Part shown: positions 14,618 to 29,982 of the stretch, in pieces | Layout of the letters: the number at the start of each line of letters is the position of its first letter | Position numbering within the stretch: position 1 is the first letter of the stretch | Source of the DNA: Octopus vulgaris | Lineage: Eukaryota | DNA: 64,000 nucleotides | Direction of reading: 5' to 3' | Assembly: GCA_951406725.2 (NCBI GenBank) | Contig: OX597835.1 | Location: forward strand, 30,814,001 to 30,878,000 | Translations under genes and position numbers: made by a program | Notes under the pieces: generated by a model | What the model was told of the DNA's origin: nothing | The model's input: only the letters and a program-made list of their open reading frames with translations | The model's database searches: none

Positions 14618-16015
14618 CACTACTATTACTGCGTTTGTTGCTAGAAACAGCAGCCATGGGAAGCTACCTGTTATAACAAACAAAGGATATATTGGATAAT
14701 TATTTTTTAAAAATCAGTTGAAATACTTTGATATTTGATTTACCTAATGTGGATGAGCCTTGGGTTAAACAGCAACAACAATAACAACAACAACAACAGC
14801 AGCAATAACTGCTGCTCTTATTGATGTAGTTGTTTAGTCATGGCCTTAGTGATGTTGATGCTGCCGCAGTTGCTGCTGCTGCTGCAGATACGATGCTTCC
14901 GCCGCTGCTAATGATGATGATGACGATGATAATGAAGATGATAATGATGATGATGATGATGAAGATGATGATGGGTGTTGAAAATGACGGTGAGAATGAC
15001 GATGATGATGATGATGACGTCGATGACAGTTGGTGACGATGCGGCAGACGTCGGCGACGACGAAACGCTGACGGCAACTTTGTAGCGACGACTGATGATG
15101 ATGATGCTGATGATGATGACAACGATGGTGGTGGTGGTGGTGGTGGTGGTGGTGGTGGAAGTGGTGGTGGTGTTGAATAGTGGTGGTGGTGGTGTGGATG
15201 GTGGTGGAAGTGGTGGTGGTGGTGATGGTGGTGGAAGTGGTGATGATGATGATGATGATGCTGATGCCGATGGTGCGTGCGCTGATAACGACGACTGTGT
15301 ATAATAATGCTGTCGCTCGTGATGATGATAATGATGTTGCTATCGACGACTATGCCGACGGCGGCGGCGGCGACGTCGACAACGACGATACGACGACGAC
15401 GGCAACGACATCGACGTCAACGACGTCGACACCGTCGAACAGCGCCGATTGCGTTCGTCGAAAAATTCCCAACAGCCTCGCCTGCTTTCAACGCTACTGT
15501 CGCACAGAAAAGTATTTATGGAGGCGGTGCCAGATTTTCACACTTCCGGCTAATGGCGTCGCTGCAACTCCTACTATTGCTGCTACTACTGCAACTACTA
15601 TCACAACTGCTGCTGCTGCTGCTACTGCTGCTACTAGTATTTCCTTTGCAGTTCATTTTGATAATGATAAATCTGATGGTGGTGTTTTATTTTTTTCAAT
15701 CAGTTGGTGACTTTCAGATTGGTGTTGTTGTTTTTTTCTTTTGCTGCAATTCGTTTAATTTTATTGTTGCAACTGTTGGTTGGTGTTGCTGCAGCTGTCT
15801 GCATTACTATTCACGTGAGGTTTCGTTTCGTTTCATGAGGCATCTTATTAGAGTCGCCGGTGTTAGAGTTCAGCCCCAGGCCGGTATTGATTCGAACACC
15901 GATGTCTCCATCAACAGTCGTCGTCGGCGTCGTCGTCGTCGGCGTCGTCGTCGTCGGCGTCGTCGTCGTCATCGTCGTCATCACAATCACCATCATCATT
16001 ATCAGCACCATCACT

Positions 16016-16082
<67 letters not shown>

Positions 16083-17013
16083 CCATCAGTACCTCATCGT
16101 AATCATCATCGTCGTCATCATCATCAAGATTAATCGTCGTCGATGACGTCGTCAACATCGTCATCACCATATCATCGCCACCATCATCATCCTCATTATC
16201 ATCGTCGTCGTCATCATCATCATCAACATCGGGAGCAGCGGCAGCAGCAACAGCAGCAACAGCAGCTGCAGCGTGAGCATCATTTACATCACCGTCAGAC
16301 GTATTTCTGCTCTGATCATCTCCATGATATTCAGATACATTGTACATTGGACTACAGTATTACAGTATATCTTTTGCTTAAGGATTTGTAGGATTTCTCT
16401 GCTATTTCTAGTAAGGGATCGAAAGACATTATAAGACACCTCTCGTATATATTCATATTTACACATACACACACTATATACACACACACATAAAATAACA
16501 CACACACATATTTATATGACCAATCTGGTTTGACTCCAGCACACATACAATTTAGGTGCCATTACAGATATTGTTCGGAACTTTCTCTCGGATTAAGCTA
16601 CCATATCTGTCTACACATAACACAAACTCTAAACCCTTCAACGCACATAATATTGAAGTTAGGTAATCTTCTCTATACAACACTACTTCTAGTATTACAC
16701 TCCATGATCGAAAACATTTATTTCCATTGTTCCTGTACAAGAAATCCGCATGCAATTATCAAAATGGAACTACATGCTTAAAGCTTATTAGCGTTCACCG
16801 TGTATTGATTAAAGAAAATAGTTTAATATTGGGGCATATTACGCATCGACGGCAAAACGGTGTAGGTTCGGTTCCCACGCATACTAATACCTACTTTTCC
16901 TGTCGAAGGCTTATATGCTCCAATATTAGACTGTCTTCTTTAGGCAATACACGACGAACGCATATTCGCTTTAAGCTTATAATTATAATTACAAATATTA
17001 TTTATAGAATTAA

Positions 17014-17120
17014 GGCGGCGAGCTGACAGAGCTGTTAGCACGCCGGGGAAAAATGCTTAGCGGTATTTCGTCCGCCTTTACCTTCTGAGTTCAAATCCTT
17101 TGCGGTCGACTTGTCCTTTT
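17014..17120 (+). mobile_element. SINE family A, 5' part
   Basis: GGCGGCGAGCTGACAGA...GAGTTCAAATCC matches the other copies. Confidence 0.7.
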
Positions 17121-17902
17121 GAACATCGTCCCCAAGTTTTATTCTTTATCTCCTGATACTTATTCAGTCGGTCAACTTTGCCGAATCATTGGGTTACCGG
17201 AACGTGAACTTGAACGAATCAACACCGATTAAGTGATGTTAGAGGACCAGCATGACACAGAAACACACACACATTCTTTGTTTGGAATTTGATCGCGAAT
17301 ACATATACAGCTATAAATATATTGATTTTAAAATATTGATTAAAAAACCCTTTTGCAGTGGAAAAGTCGAAGGCTGGACGTGGGACTGAAACCCACATCT
17401 CCTGTAGACATGACAGTCGTAGACTTTAATAGACTTCCCCTCTGTTTCCGTTTAGCTGTTTTACTGAAAAGGCGACGGTTGGATCGAAGTTACTGTGGAA
17501 AACACGTACCCATGTTACTGTGTATGAGGACTGAACTCAAAACTGCGTGGTTGCAAAAAGGGCTTCGTAACTACACGGCCTGCACCTCTACATTCATCTT
17601 AATGGTGGATTTTGCTTGTTACTCTATACACCACATTATGCCTCAGCGAAAGGTAATACCTGAAGAAGGCATTTCTTTCTCAGTTGATAATGATGGATTT
17701 AATAAATCGATTTTGCTCCGCCCTACGTTCAGTGCTAACCAACCGAATATTCCTATTGTGAACAAGATTTGTTGTGTTTTATTTTCCTGCTTCAAGATTC
17801 AGCATTGCTCTAGCTCAAATCAAAATGTCGATAGACAATACCATAACTGAATGAGAATTATTCCCTCAATATTTTGTGTTTTTCATAATTAATGACTTGT
17901 TA

Positions 17903-18513
17903 GGCGGCGAGCTGGTAGAAACATTAGCACGCCGGGCGAAATGCTTAGCGGCATTTCGTCTGTCGTTACGTTGTGAGTTCAAATTCCGCCGAGATCGACT
18001 TTACCTTTCATCCATTCGAAATCGATAAATTAAGTACCAGTTACGCACTGGGATCGATGTAATCGACTTAATACCTATGTCTCTCCTTGTGAGTCCCCTC
18101 TATCTTTAGCCCCTTGTGGGTAATAAAGAAATAGGTATTTCGTCTGTCTTACGTTCTGAGTTCAAATTCAACCGAGGTCGACTTTGCCTTTCATCCTTTA
18201 GAGGTCGATAAATTAAGTACCAGTTACGCACTGAGATCGATGTAATCCACTCAACCCCTTTGTCCTTGTTTGTCCCCTCTATGTTTAGCCCCTTGTGGGT
18301 AATAAAGAAATAAGAAACGTTAGCACATGGGGCGAAATACTTAGTGGTATTTCGTCTGTCTTTACGTTCTGAATTCACATTCCGCCGAGGTCGACTTTGC
18401 CTTTAATCTTTTCGGGGTCGATAAATTAAGTACCGGTTGCGTACTGAAGTTGATCTAATCGACTGTTCCCCTCCCCCAAAATTTCAGGCCTTGTGCCTAG
18501 AGCAGAAAAGATT
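17903..18513 (+). mobile_element. SINE family A trimer with 13-bp target-site duplication
   Basis: Three head-to-tail units; ATTAATGACTTGT at 17888-17900 and 18514-18526. Confidence 0.85.
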
Positions 18514-18642
18514 ATTAATGACTTGTGGGCACACAGTATTCCGCTATGCGACAATAATATACTGTAAAGTATATCAAATGTATTTATAAGTCAATATCGG
18601 GTTCTACTGTGTTAGCAGTGCTATTAAATCACTTGAGATTTT

Positions 18643-18803
18643 CCATAGAAATTATGGTCAGCACTGGTTCTTGTTACGACGTTTCTTCCCTGAGACATCA
18701 GACATAAACAAACAATCATTTTCGATTTCATTGCTTGTTTACATCTGACGTCTCGTATAGGAAACGTCGTACGACAATACATTGTCGGCTATAATTTCTG
18801 TAG
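18643..18803. mobile_element. Foldback element with ~73-bp imperfect arms and a short spacer
   Basis: AGAAATTAT..TACGACGTTTC..GAGACATCAGA..TAAACAA is mirrored by TTGTTTA..TCTGACGTCTC..GAAACGTCGTA..ATAATTTCT. Confidence 0.75.
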
Positions 18804-19315
18804 TATATGGGTAGAGATAATCTTAACAAGCGATCCGTGATCGTCGTCTCAATTTTTTCAAATAAACATGTCAACCATCTATGCATGCGCTACTGCTTCA
18901 GGGACGGAGATAGTTTATTAATTTCTTTGTCTGTTTCTTCTCCTTTTACTTCCTTTTTATTTTTTTTATTCTTCCAACTGCGGATACGCTGGAGTACCTC
19001 CTCGCAAGGTTTACTCAAACAAATTGACCCGTGTACAGATTTCACTTTTAAATCCTGGTACTTATTTTATCGGTTCCTTTTCCCGAAATGGAAAGCTACA
19101 GAAGCGCACATAATTCAAAATTTACTGCACTCAGGGTCCATGCTCACCTCGCCGCCCTCACCCTCCAATGGGCATCAGAAAGTCACCTCGCTGCCGATCT
19201 CGAAATAAAATTTCAGGACCAATAAAGACCATTCCCCTCCTATTAGCATAAACCGGAGTCAAGCCAGGGTGAGATATCCAGTGCCAATATATATACACAT
19301 ACTGATATATATATG

Positions 19316-19399
<84 letters not shown>

Positions 19400-19400
19400 T

Positions 19401-19455
<55 letters not shown>

Positions 19456-19504
19456 TCTTCCCTTCTTCCTAGCTCACCTGTGTAACCCCTCTGTCTCGCA
19501 TTCG

Positions 19505-19687
19505 CCACGATAGATCGCTAGCCACTAAACCTTTTTCTGTTTTCTTTCTCTGTTTATTTCTGTGTTCCTTTCTGTCGAAGAGCGTAGGCTCGAAACGTTA
19601 AAGACTTTCTCCTTTCCCGAGCGTTAAACTAATAACATCTGTTTGTTGTTTACACACCCGTTTTAGTCTTTTGTCTTTTGTAAATTC

Positions 19688-19692
<5 letters not shown>
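19505..19692 (+). mobile_element. Possible Penelope-like terminal repeat remnant with hammerhead-like motif
   Basis: Type-I hammerhead-like topology at 19568-19603, followed by a T-rich tract and (TA)n. Confidence 0.4.
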
Positions 19693-19743
<51 letters not shown>

Positions 19744-19765
19744 TATATATATATACATATCTATA

Positions 19766-19986
19766 TACGGAGGGATTCTGAAAAATTGCTGGCTTTAAGG
19801 ATATCACTAAAGACCTGGTTGGATGCCCAACATTTCGAGTTCTTTTGCAGAGCTTAGAAAAACTACTGACCGCTGCAATAAGTTCAATAATCTGAGAGAG
19901 GAATATATTGAATAATATCATAATTAACTGATCCTCCTGTACTTTCTTTTTTCCCAAAACCAGGGACATTTCAGCAACCTCTCGTA
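19766..19986 (+). mobile_element. Non-autonomous mariner-like element (MITE)
   Basis: Imperfect terminal inverted repeats (TACGGAGGG..CTGAAAA..CTGG / CCAGG..TTTCAGC..CCTCTCGTA) with TA at both ends; interior keeps a transposase C-terminal remnant (..EYIE*). Confidence 0.65.
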
Positions 19987-20040
19987 TTGCCACACACACA
20001 CAGACACACACACAGACACACACACACACAGACAGACACA

Positions 20041-20116
<76 letters not shown>

Positions 20117-20587
20117 TATATGACTAACTATGACCGTCCAATAAAAGACAGTTTCAGTGGCTGAATAATTGAGGACGTATCGAGATAGAAGTGGCTGGGA
20201 AATGGGATAAAACTATACAGCCTTCATGAATTTTTCAAAGGGGATTTTAGTGTAGGATTCGACGATGAGGCTAAAGGAGACTCTGTTGAACAGTCCGTTG
20301 TGTCAGCTTTTTTAATTTCCTCAACCTGTTTTAGATAATATAACAACTATCTTTATTGCTCTATTACGCATCGTCCCAAACATCTATTTATGCCTACGTA
20401 TATGCATCTGTAGATACCTATATACATACATACATACATACACATAGTACACACATACACACACACACACACAAACACACTGAGAATATGTGTGTGTGAA
20501 TGCATATATATATATATAGAGAGAGAGAGAAAGAGAGAGAGAAAGAAAGAAAGATAGATAGACAGATAAATGGACAGCTAGATAGAT

Positions 20588-20635
<48 letters not shown>

Positions 20636-20805
20636 GGGAGAGAGAGGGAGAGAGAGAGAGACTGATAGAAAGACAGTCAGACAAATAGACAGATGTAGAT
20701 ATAGATGTACATCATTGTGTTTGTGTATATTTATATATACTCATTCTTGTATATGTACATATACTTACATACATACGTATGTATGTATGTATGTATGTAT
20801 GTATG

Positions 20806-20872
<67 letters not shown>

Positions 20873-21072
20873 CATACATATTCATGCACATATAGGTATA
20901 CATATATCGAAATATGTGCACAAAAATATATATATATATGCGTATATGTATATATATTTATATATGTGTGCATATGTTGTATTAATGTTTATATATATAT
21001 ATATGTATGTATATATATGGATGAGCATATATATATATATATATATATGCATATATATATATATACATATAC

Positions 21073-21212
<140 letters not shown>

Positions 21213-22449
21213 GTACACACATATATACACACACATATCAGGAGCTAATATATTTTTTACGAGAATTACACCATGGAAAGTTAAACAAATAAACAAACAG
21301 AAAACAATATTAAAAATGGTGAATTAGGCCGCTGCTTTGGCGAAGTGTGTGAAGTCTACTGATGTGAAAACTATTAATTAATAATTAAGACTTTATCCTA
21401 TTAATTATATTGATTGTTTTGGTCTTAAAGAACTGTGCTCTACATACGAAATTATTGTAAATTAATTAATCAAAGAGCTAAAAGAGTAACGGTCGACTAT
21501 AAAGAAATTTGGATTAAAGGTCCAAGCATCTTGAAATCTTCGCCAAACATCTTAGGCTAATTAGATATTAAATTACACACCCACATCCACATCCACAACA
21601 CAATCACACGCACTCACGCTTTCATACACACCCATATACACACTTACGAACGCACACTTGCAAAGATACTCACTCACATATGCAAACACGCTTCTAGATA
21701 TACAAGTGTGTGCGTTCGTGCGTCTGTATATCAGTGTGTTTCTGTCTGTTTGTCTATCTGTCTGTCTGTTTGTGTGTCTACGTCTGTGTTGGTCTGTGTG
21801 TCTCTAAAAGTTGTCTCATAGCGAAATAAGACTTGGCAGTAAAAAGGAAAAAGCTAGAAACAGCCCCAAACGGGTTAAAAACAATCAAACCACACACATG
21901 CAAACTCGCATACGGAAGTGTTCGTGTGCGACCGTCAGTATGTCTGTCTGTTTGTCTGTCTGTAAATGTTGCATCATAACGAAGAAGAACACTCGGTAAA
22001 CATTGAGAAAAAATCCCACAGCGGGCGACTTATCTGCGGATCAGTGACATACTTTGGGTGCTTTTAACAGCGTGGTCTCCGCCAAAAAAACCCTGAAATT
22101 TTTTTCTGGCCAAATTGAACTACTCGGATTATTTCTATTCCTGAGAGTTGTCAAAATCCATGTGACGGGAAAAAAAGTAGTTGTTTGTTTACCTAATCTC
22201 ATTGGCTAAGCATTGATCGGTGTCAGAATATGGTAGAATACTTTTACCCAAAAGGTGCTTGCGTGGTACTGACGATGGTGTTGCTGAGCTCAAAAAATCA
22301 GACGACGAAAAACAAACTTCTTAATCTCACACCCTTGAGTGGAAATACAGCCTATTACCGGCTGAGTCACTGATGTCAAAGCACCCCTATGTAGCAATAT
22401 GGTCGGATGAAAATAGCAACCAAATCTCCTTGCACTTATGTCTTAGCGT

Positions 22450-22955
22450 AACTGTGTGGTCAAGAATCACACGTTACAACGTGGTTTTGAATCCAGTCCC
22501 ACAGCGTGGCATTTTGGACAACTGCCTTCAACCATATCCACAGGACAGACAAGTACCGTGTGTGTGAATTTGGTTGATGCCTCCCACCGTTTGACAACCA
22601 GTGTTAGTTTGCACATTGGCTTTCTCACGACTCCGCAAATTAGCGACACCGACGAAATATGTACCAGGTTTTAAAAAATAAGAACTGTGATTCATTTGTT
22701 CAATTAAAAGCCCTTCAAGGCAGTACTCCAACTCAAGCGAAACAAGTAAAACATAGAAGATAATCAGTTTATTTTACTTTTGTCTTTCTCTATCACCTCT
22801 TTCAGCATAGCCACAACATTCTCCTTGCACGTTACTTAGATTGTCTAGTATCTCTAAAGGACTGTGGTGGATTTGTTCGATTAAAAACACTTTAAGACAG
22901 TGATCCATCACAGCTGCAGTTCAATGATTAAAACAAATAAAACGGAAGATAATCC
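22450..22955 (+). mobile_element. SINE family B, old copy plus a second tail fragment
   Basis: CTGTGTGG..CAGTCCCACAGCGTGGCA head, TTGACAACC middle and GAAACAAGTAAAA tail. Confidence 0.6.
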
Positions 22956-23315
22956 CTTTGAATTACTCTCTTTTCTTCTCTATCACCTGTTTCAGCGCAG
23001 CCACTGCATTCTCCTACTTACATTGTCGAGTATATCTAATTACGCCTGTTCATTGTAGAGCGTAAGATTATTTAATTTAATTTCTTCTCTTTAATTCGCT
23101 ATTTGTTCCTTTCTCTCTTTCTGTTTACATTTCACTGTATATCTCCTCGATTACCTATATCTCACTTGCTGACTACACTGCCATTTTACTCATTAAATAT
23201 CTTACCATCACACTCACTATCACTATCACTACTAAACTGCTATCAGTACCATCACCAACACCACTATCACAACAACCACAAACAGCGCCACCTCCACCAG
23301 TACCACTAAGAGTAT

Positions 23316-23492
23316 CGTTAGCACGCCGGGCAACATGGTTTGTGTATTTCATCTGCCATTACGTTCTCAGTTCAAATTCCGCCGAGGTCGACTTTGCCTT
23401 TCATCCTTTCGGGTTCGATTAAATAAGTACCAGTCATGCATTGGAATCGACTTAATCCCTTAATGTTTAGCCCCACAGTGGGCAATAAAGAA
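23316..23492 (+). mobile_element. SINE family A, internally deleted copy
   Basis: GTTAGCACGCCGGG...GTTCAAATTCCGCCGAGGTCGACTTTGCC...GGGCAATAAAGAAAT. Confidence 0.8.
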
Positions 23493-23520
23493 ATATATAT
23501 ATTTGTGTGTGTGTGTATAC

Positions 23521-23564
<44 letters not shown>

Positions 23565-23685
23565 ACATATATACATACACATACACACACGTGTGTGTTC
23601 ATATTACGCACACATACGCACGTACATATATATGGAGAGAAACAATACGTAAAACTATATACGTACATTTATGTGTATGTATGTA

Positions 23686-23735
<50 letters not shown>

Positions 23736-23936
23736 CAGACAGACAGAGACAGATAGGGGAGAGTATAGGTAGAACTATGCATGATTCAGAGACATTTTGC
23801 AATATCGCTTGAATTCTAATTTCCGTAAAAGCAATATTACTCATTTCTTCTTCTTCATCTTCTTCTTCTCCTCCTCCTCCTCCTCCTTCTTCTTCTTCTT
23901 CTTCTTCTTCTTCTTCTTCTTCTTCTTCTTCTTCTT

Positions 23937-23967
<31 letters not shown>

Positions 23968-24083
23968 AAGAGAGAGAGAGAGAGAGAGAGAGAGATTCTA
24001 TACCGATCCCTTCACATATCTATCCAACAATAATTTTTAGCAGTAGTGGCAGCAGTAGTAGTAGCAGTAGCAGTAGCAGTAGC

Positions 24084-24133
<50 letters not shown>

Positions 24134-24820
24134 CAGCAGCAATTAGCAACAGCAGTGGTTTTAATCTCAGCACATGTCCAGCAATTTTAAGGGGTGAAGA
24201 TAACCGCGCCCGAAGCGATGAGAGGTTTAACCTCCCCAGCCGGAATGTGAACTCAGAACGTAAAACGCAAGGGGATATATGTCGCTAAGTATTTTGTTAG
24301 GCGCAGTAAGGACTCTGCCAGCTTCCCGCTAAAGCAGATGTAGCCTTAAGAATAATAACAATAACGGCAAACGAAAACTACAGCAGAAACACAACGAATA
24401 CGGGAAAAGTATTGAAAATAATAAGATTTATATTTGCTTAGATTTTTTTATGTTTGTTCCTGACGAAATCTTTGCGATTTCAAGTATGTCCATGTACGTA
24501 CGTACGTACGTGTGTATGTACGTACGTATGTATGAATGTATGTATGTATGTATGTATGTATGTATGTATGTATGTATGTATGTATGTATGTATGTATGTG
24601 TGTATGTATGGGTGGATGGATGGATGGATGGATGGTTGGTTGGAGGGATAGATGGAGAGAGGTATATATTTGTGTGTGTGTGTATTTGTGTATATGTATG
24701 TATGTATATTGGCATACATACGTGCACAAACATACATATGAACTATATACGTATATGTACAGGTAGACAGATAAAATAGATTGGTAGATGATAGATAGAC
24801 AGACAGACAGACCGATGGAC

Positions 24821-24867
<47 letters not shown>

Positions 24868-24887
24868 GGACAGATAGATAGATTGAT

Positions 24888-24923
<36 letters not shown>

Positions 24924-24941
24924 ATCTATCTATATAATTAG

Positions 24942-24974
<33 letters not shown>

Positions 24975-25064
24975 GAGAAAGAGAGAAAAAGATAGACATG
25001 TATTAGTTCCGTGGATTTTATTTCATTACCAATATACATACGTGCATTCATGCATACACACACC

Positions 25065-25103
<39 letters not shown>

Positions 25104-25314
25104 ACACATACTCACGCACACATATATACATGAAAAACACCCAATGATAAATGATATGTAGATAGCCTGAAGGTTTACATATATACTTACAAATACACAC
25201 ACACACGCACAAGCACATATACACACACATACATGCGCGCACGCGTACACACATATCAATATATTTATAGCCTAAAAATGATAGATAGATAGATAGATGG
25301 ATAGATAAATAGAT

Positions 25315-25399
<85 letters not shown>

Positions 25400-25879
25400 T
25401 AGACATAGTGAGGTAGGACCTATTAGATAGCTCATGTATAGAGCGAGAAAAGAATAAAAATCACAAAAGACTAACAGAAGTAAAAGAAAAAAACAGCAGA
25501 ATCAAAGCGAATGAGCAGAAGGAAAAGATGAAGAACCGCATCTCGGAAGTTACGAAGCTACGAAGCTACGAACGGTGCAACGGCCGCCATATTTTTCAAT
25601 GGCGTCAAAGTAAAAATACAAACTGGAGATAAAATAACTCATATCCAGCGACCTCTACACTATAACAACAAAATCACACAATGATACACATGGATGATAA
25701 CTGCTTCTATATTTGATAGTTTGAGATTTTTTTTTATATATATATAGTAGAGGTATTTTTAGGTGGTTTTGTGGCCATTGTCCTTCGTATGAGCATGGGA
25801 GTGTGTCTTTGTGTGCGTTTGTGTATATGAGTATCTGTATATATGTGTATCTTTGTGTGTGTGTATGTGTGTATGAGTA

Positions 25880-25921
<42 letters not shown>

Positions 25922-26469
25922 CATATATATGTATTTGTGTGTGTTTGTGTTTGTGTGTATCTGTGTGCGTGTAAATGTATGTGTTTTAGTTTATGTTCCT
26001 GTGTGCGCGTTTATATATATATATATATATATCTTTTAGTATACGTGTGTATATAGAGATATATGTGTGCTTGTGTGCTTCTCTCTCCCTCTCGCTCTCT
26101 CTGTCTCTCTCTAATCTGTGTGTTAGCGTGTGTGTCTATGTGTGCGTCTATGTGTATGTTCGAGGGCTACGGCGCTGTGAACAGCACAGTTGTTGCAGGG
26201 ACTTAATTGTTAGAACTATGCGTGTGTATGTGTAAGCACATTGGTTGCGCTTGCGTGTGAATATGTGTGTGTGTGTGTGTGTGTGTGCGTGTTTGTGTCT
26301 GCGCGGGCGCGTGTGCGTGCGTGCGTGCGTGTGCGTGTTGGCAAGATCAACCAGATTCGTTGTCAGTTTTCTGTCTTTGATTCATGAAAAATGATTCTAT
26401 GCTCCGACAATTCTTGCAACGGAAGCGATTGGACGTTAAAAACAAACGACTGTTATTGTCGTAGCAGTG

Positions 26470-27690
<1,221 letters not shown>

Positions 27691-28194
27691 CATCGTCGTC
27701 GTCCTTTTTATTGTTGTTATTGTTCTTGTAGTCGTTCGTTGTTTTAGTGGCGCGGGTGTCGATCGCGTTATAGTTACTTGTGTTTATTTGTTGTTGTTGT
27801 GCATAACGATGCTATTGCTATTATTGTTGTTGTTGTTGGTGGTGGTGGTGATAGCGGTAATTGCGATAGGGGTGGTGTTGCTGGTGATGCTGGTTATGTT
27901 GTTGTTGTTGATGTTGTTGTTTGACCGGATGGTGGACTGTTGATTGTGATTGTTTTAAAGGCGATTTTGACATAGGTGTTGACGGTGGTGATGACGATGA
28001 TGTTGATGGTGATGATTACGGCGATGGTGGTGATGGTGGTGGTGCAGGAATTTGCGATGGCGTTCCTTTGTCGTTTGGTGGTGGTGGTATTGATGTCAAT
28101 TATGTTGATATTAGGGTTGATGTCGCCGGTAGATTTGGAGGCGGTGGGCGTGGTGTTGCTATAGTTACTGCAGCGAACTGGATGAATGGTTACT

Positions 28195-29210
28195 AAATCG
28201 GATAAAATGTTTGGTAGCATTTCGTCCGTGTTTATGTTTCGAGTTCAAATTCCCCTGATGTCGACCTGGCCTTTCATCCATTCCGAGTCGATAAAATAAA
28301 GTACCAGTCATGTACTGGTGTCAATGTAATTGACTGGCAACCCTTCCGATTAAGGCGGCACACTGGCAGAGTCGTTAGCGCATCGGAGAAAACGCTCAGC
28401 AGTATTTCGTCCGGTTCCGTACGTTTTAAGTTTAAATTCTGTGGAAGTCGACTTTGTCTGTCATCCGTTCAGGATCGATAAAATAAAGTCCTAGTTAAGC
28501 ACAGGGGTTGATGTAATCAACTAGCACACCAGAGAAAACGTGTAGCCTTATTTCGTCCGACTCTGTACGTTCTGAGTTCAAATTCCGCTGAGGTAGGTTT
28601 TGCATTTCATTAGTTCGGAGTCGATAAATTGAGTACTAATTAAACACTGGGGTTAATGTAATCGGCAACACCTCTAACTGAAAATTATATTCCTTGTGCC
28701 TAGAGTAGAAAGGAGTTACGCTGTGAGGTGGCAGAAGCGTTAGCACGCTGGGCGAAATGCGTAGCCGTATTTCGTCTGCCGTTACGTTCTGAGTTCAAAT
28801 TCCGCCGAGATTGACTTTGCCTTTCATCCTTTCGGGGTCGATAAATAAGTACCAGTTACGCACTGGGGTCGATGTAATCGACTTAATCCGTTTGTCTGTC
28901 CTTGTTTGTCCTCTCTGTGTTTAGCCCCTTGTGGGTAGTAAAGAAATAAGTATTTCGTCTGCCGTTATGTTCTGAGTTCAAATTCTGCCGATATCGACTT
29001 TGCCTTTCATCCTTTCGGGGTCGATAAATAAAGTACCAGTTACGCAATGGGGCCAATATAATAGACTTAATCCCTTTGTCTGTCCTTGTTTGTCCTCTCT
29101 GTGTTAAGCCTCATGTGGGCAATAAAGAAATAAGAATCGTTAGCACACCGGCATTACTTCCGCCTCTGGAGGTTCTGAGTTCAAATTCCATCGAAGTAGA
29201 CTTTGTCTTT
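28195..29210 (+). mobile_element. Tandem cluster of about six SINE family A units of differing divergence
   Basis: Repeated GTT(C/T)AAATTC...GTCGATAAA cores at ~28240, 28430, 28575, 28790, 28975 and 29178. Confidence 0.85.
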
Positions 29211-29697
29211 AATTATTTTCTTCAATTGTAATGCAGTGGCAGTTTAAGAGAGATTTTATTGTGGTTGTCGTTGTCGTTGTCATTGTCAAGCTACATTTTA
29301 CCTGTGGATTAAACCATCGGGATGCGAGCAAGTTGGGGCACTGCTTAAAGAGATTTATTCCAAGAGATCGTCTCTGCTACATATTTTTCATGTCTAGTAC
29401 TTAAACAAACCAACACCGGTTATATTATACTAGGTGAGGGACAAATGCAAATACAAAGGCATGCAGACGAAAATATATAATGTGAGATTCCACATAGCTT
29501 CCTGCTAAGAAATCCATTCACACGACATTAGTAGGCCTGGGGCTTTAAAAGAAGACAAAGAGATTATCTTTCTTTAATTTTACCTCTTTCATTTACTGGA
29601 CTGCGTCCATGCTGAGGCCCGCCTTGAAGGCTTTTGATTGGAACAGTCTAAGCTTCGGTACTGATTTTTTTTTTATCAGGGCATTTCAGCGAATGCT

Positions 29698-29943
29698 CAT
29701 GACACTCCATGGACCCTAAGTAAGGCATGTGTAAAATTTGAATGAAATTGGTTGTGTAGTTCTCAACTTTTAGGGATTCATAGTGGAGAAGATATAATAC
29801 TCCTATGGGTTCGCCCTAGGCAAGAAATTAAAATTTTTTATCCATGACACTCCATGGACCCTAAGTAAGGCATGTGTAACATTTGAATGAAATTGGTCGT
29901 GTAGTTCTCAAGTTTTGGCGATCCAGACAGACACACATTCTCA

Positions 29944-29950
<7 letters not shown>
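29698..29950 (+). mobile_element. Helitron/Helentron-like non-autonomous end with a ~70-bp internal direct duplication
   Basis: CATGACACTCCATGGACCCTAAGTAAGGCATGTGTAA..GTAGTTCTCAA at 29698 and 29843, then CAGA repeats and (TA)n. Confidence 0.5.

Positions 29951-29982
<32 letters not shown>

Noticed and set aside
14700-16350. GC-richer triplet-rich region resembling a low-complexity exon
   Set aside because: No single long frame, domain motif or convincing splice pair; short unique parts could still be regulatory.
28195-29210. Regularly spaced repeats that look superficially like a CRISPR array or tRNA cluster
   Set aside because: Units are long SINE copies with homologous intervening sequence; no cas genes and no cloverleaf.
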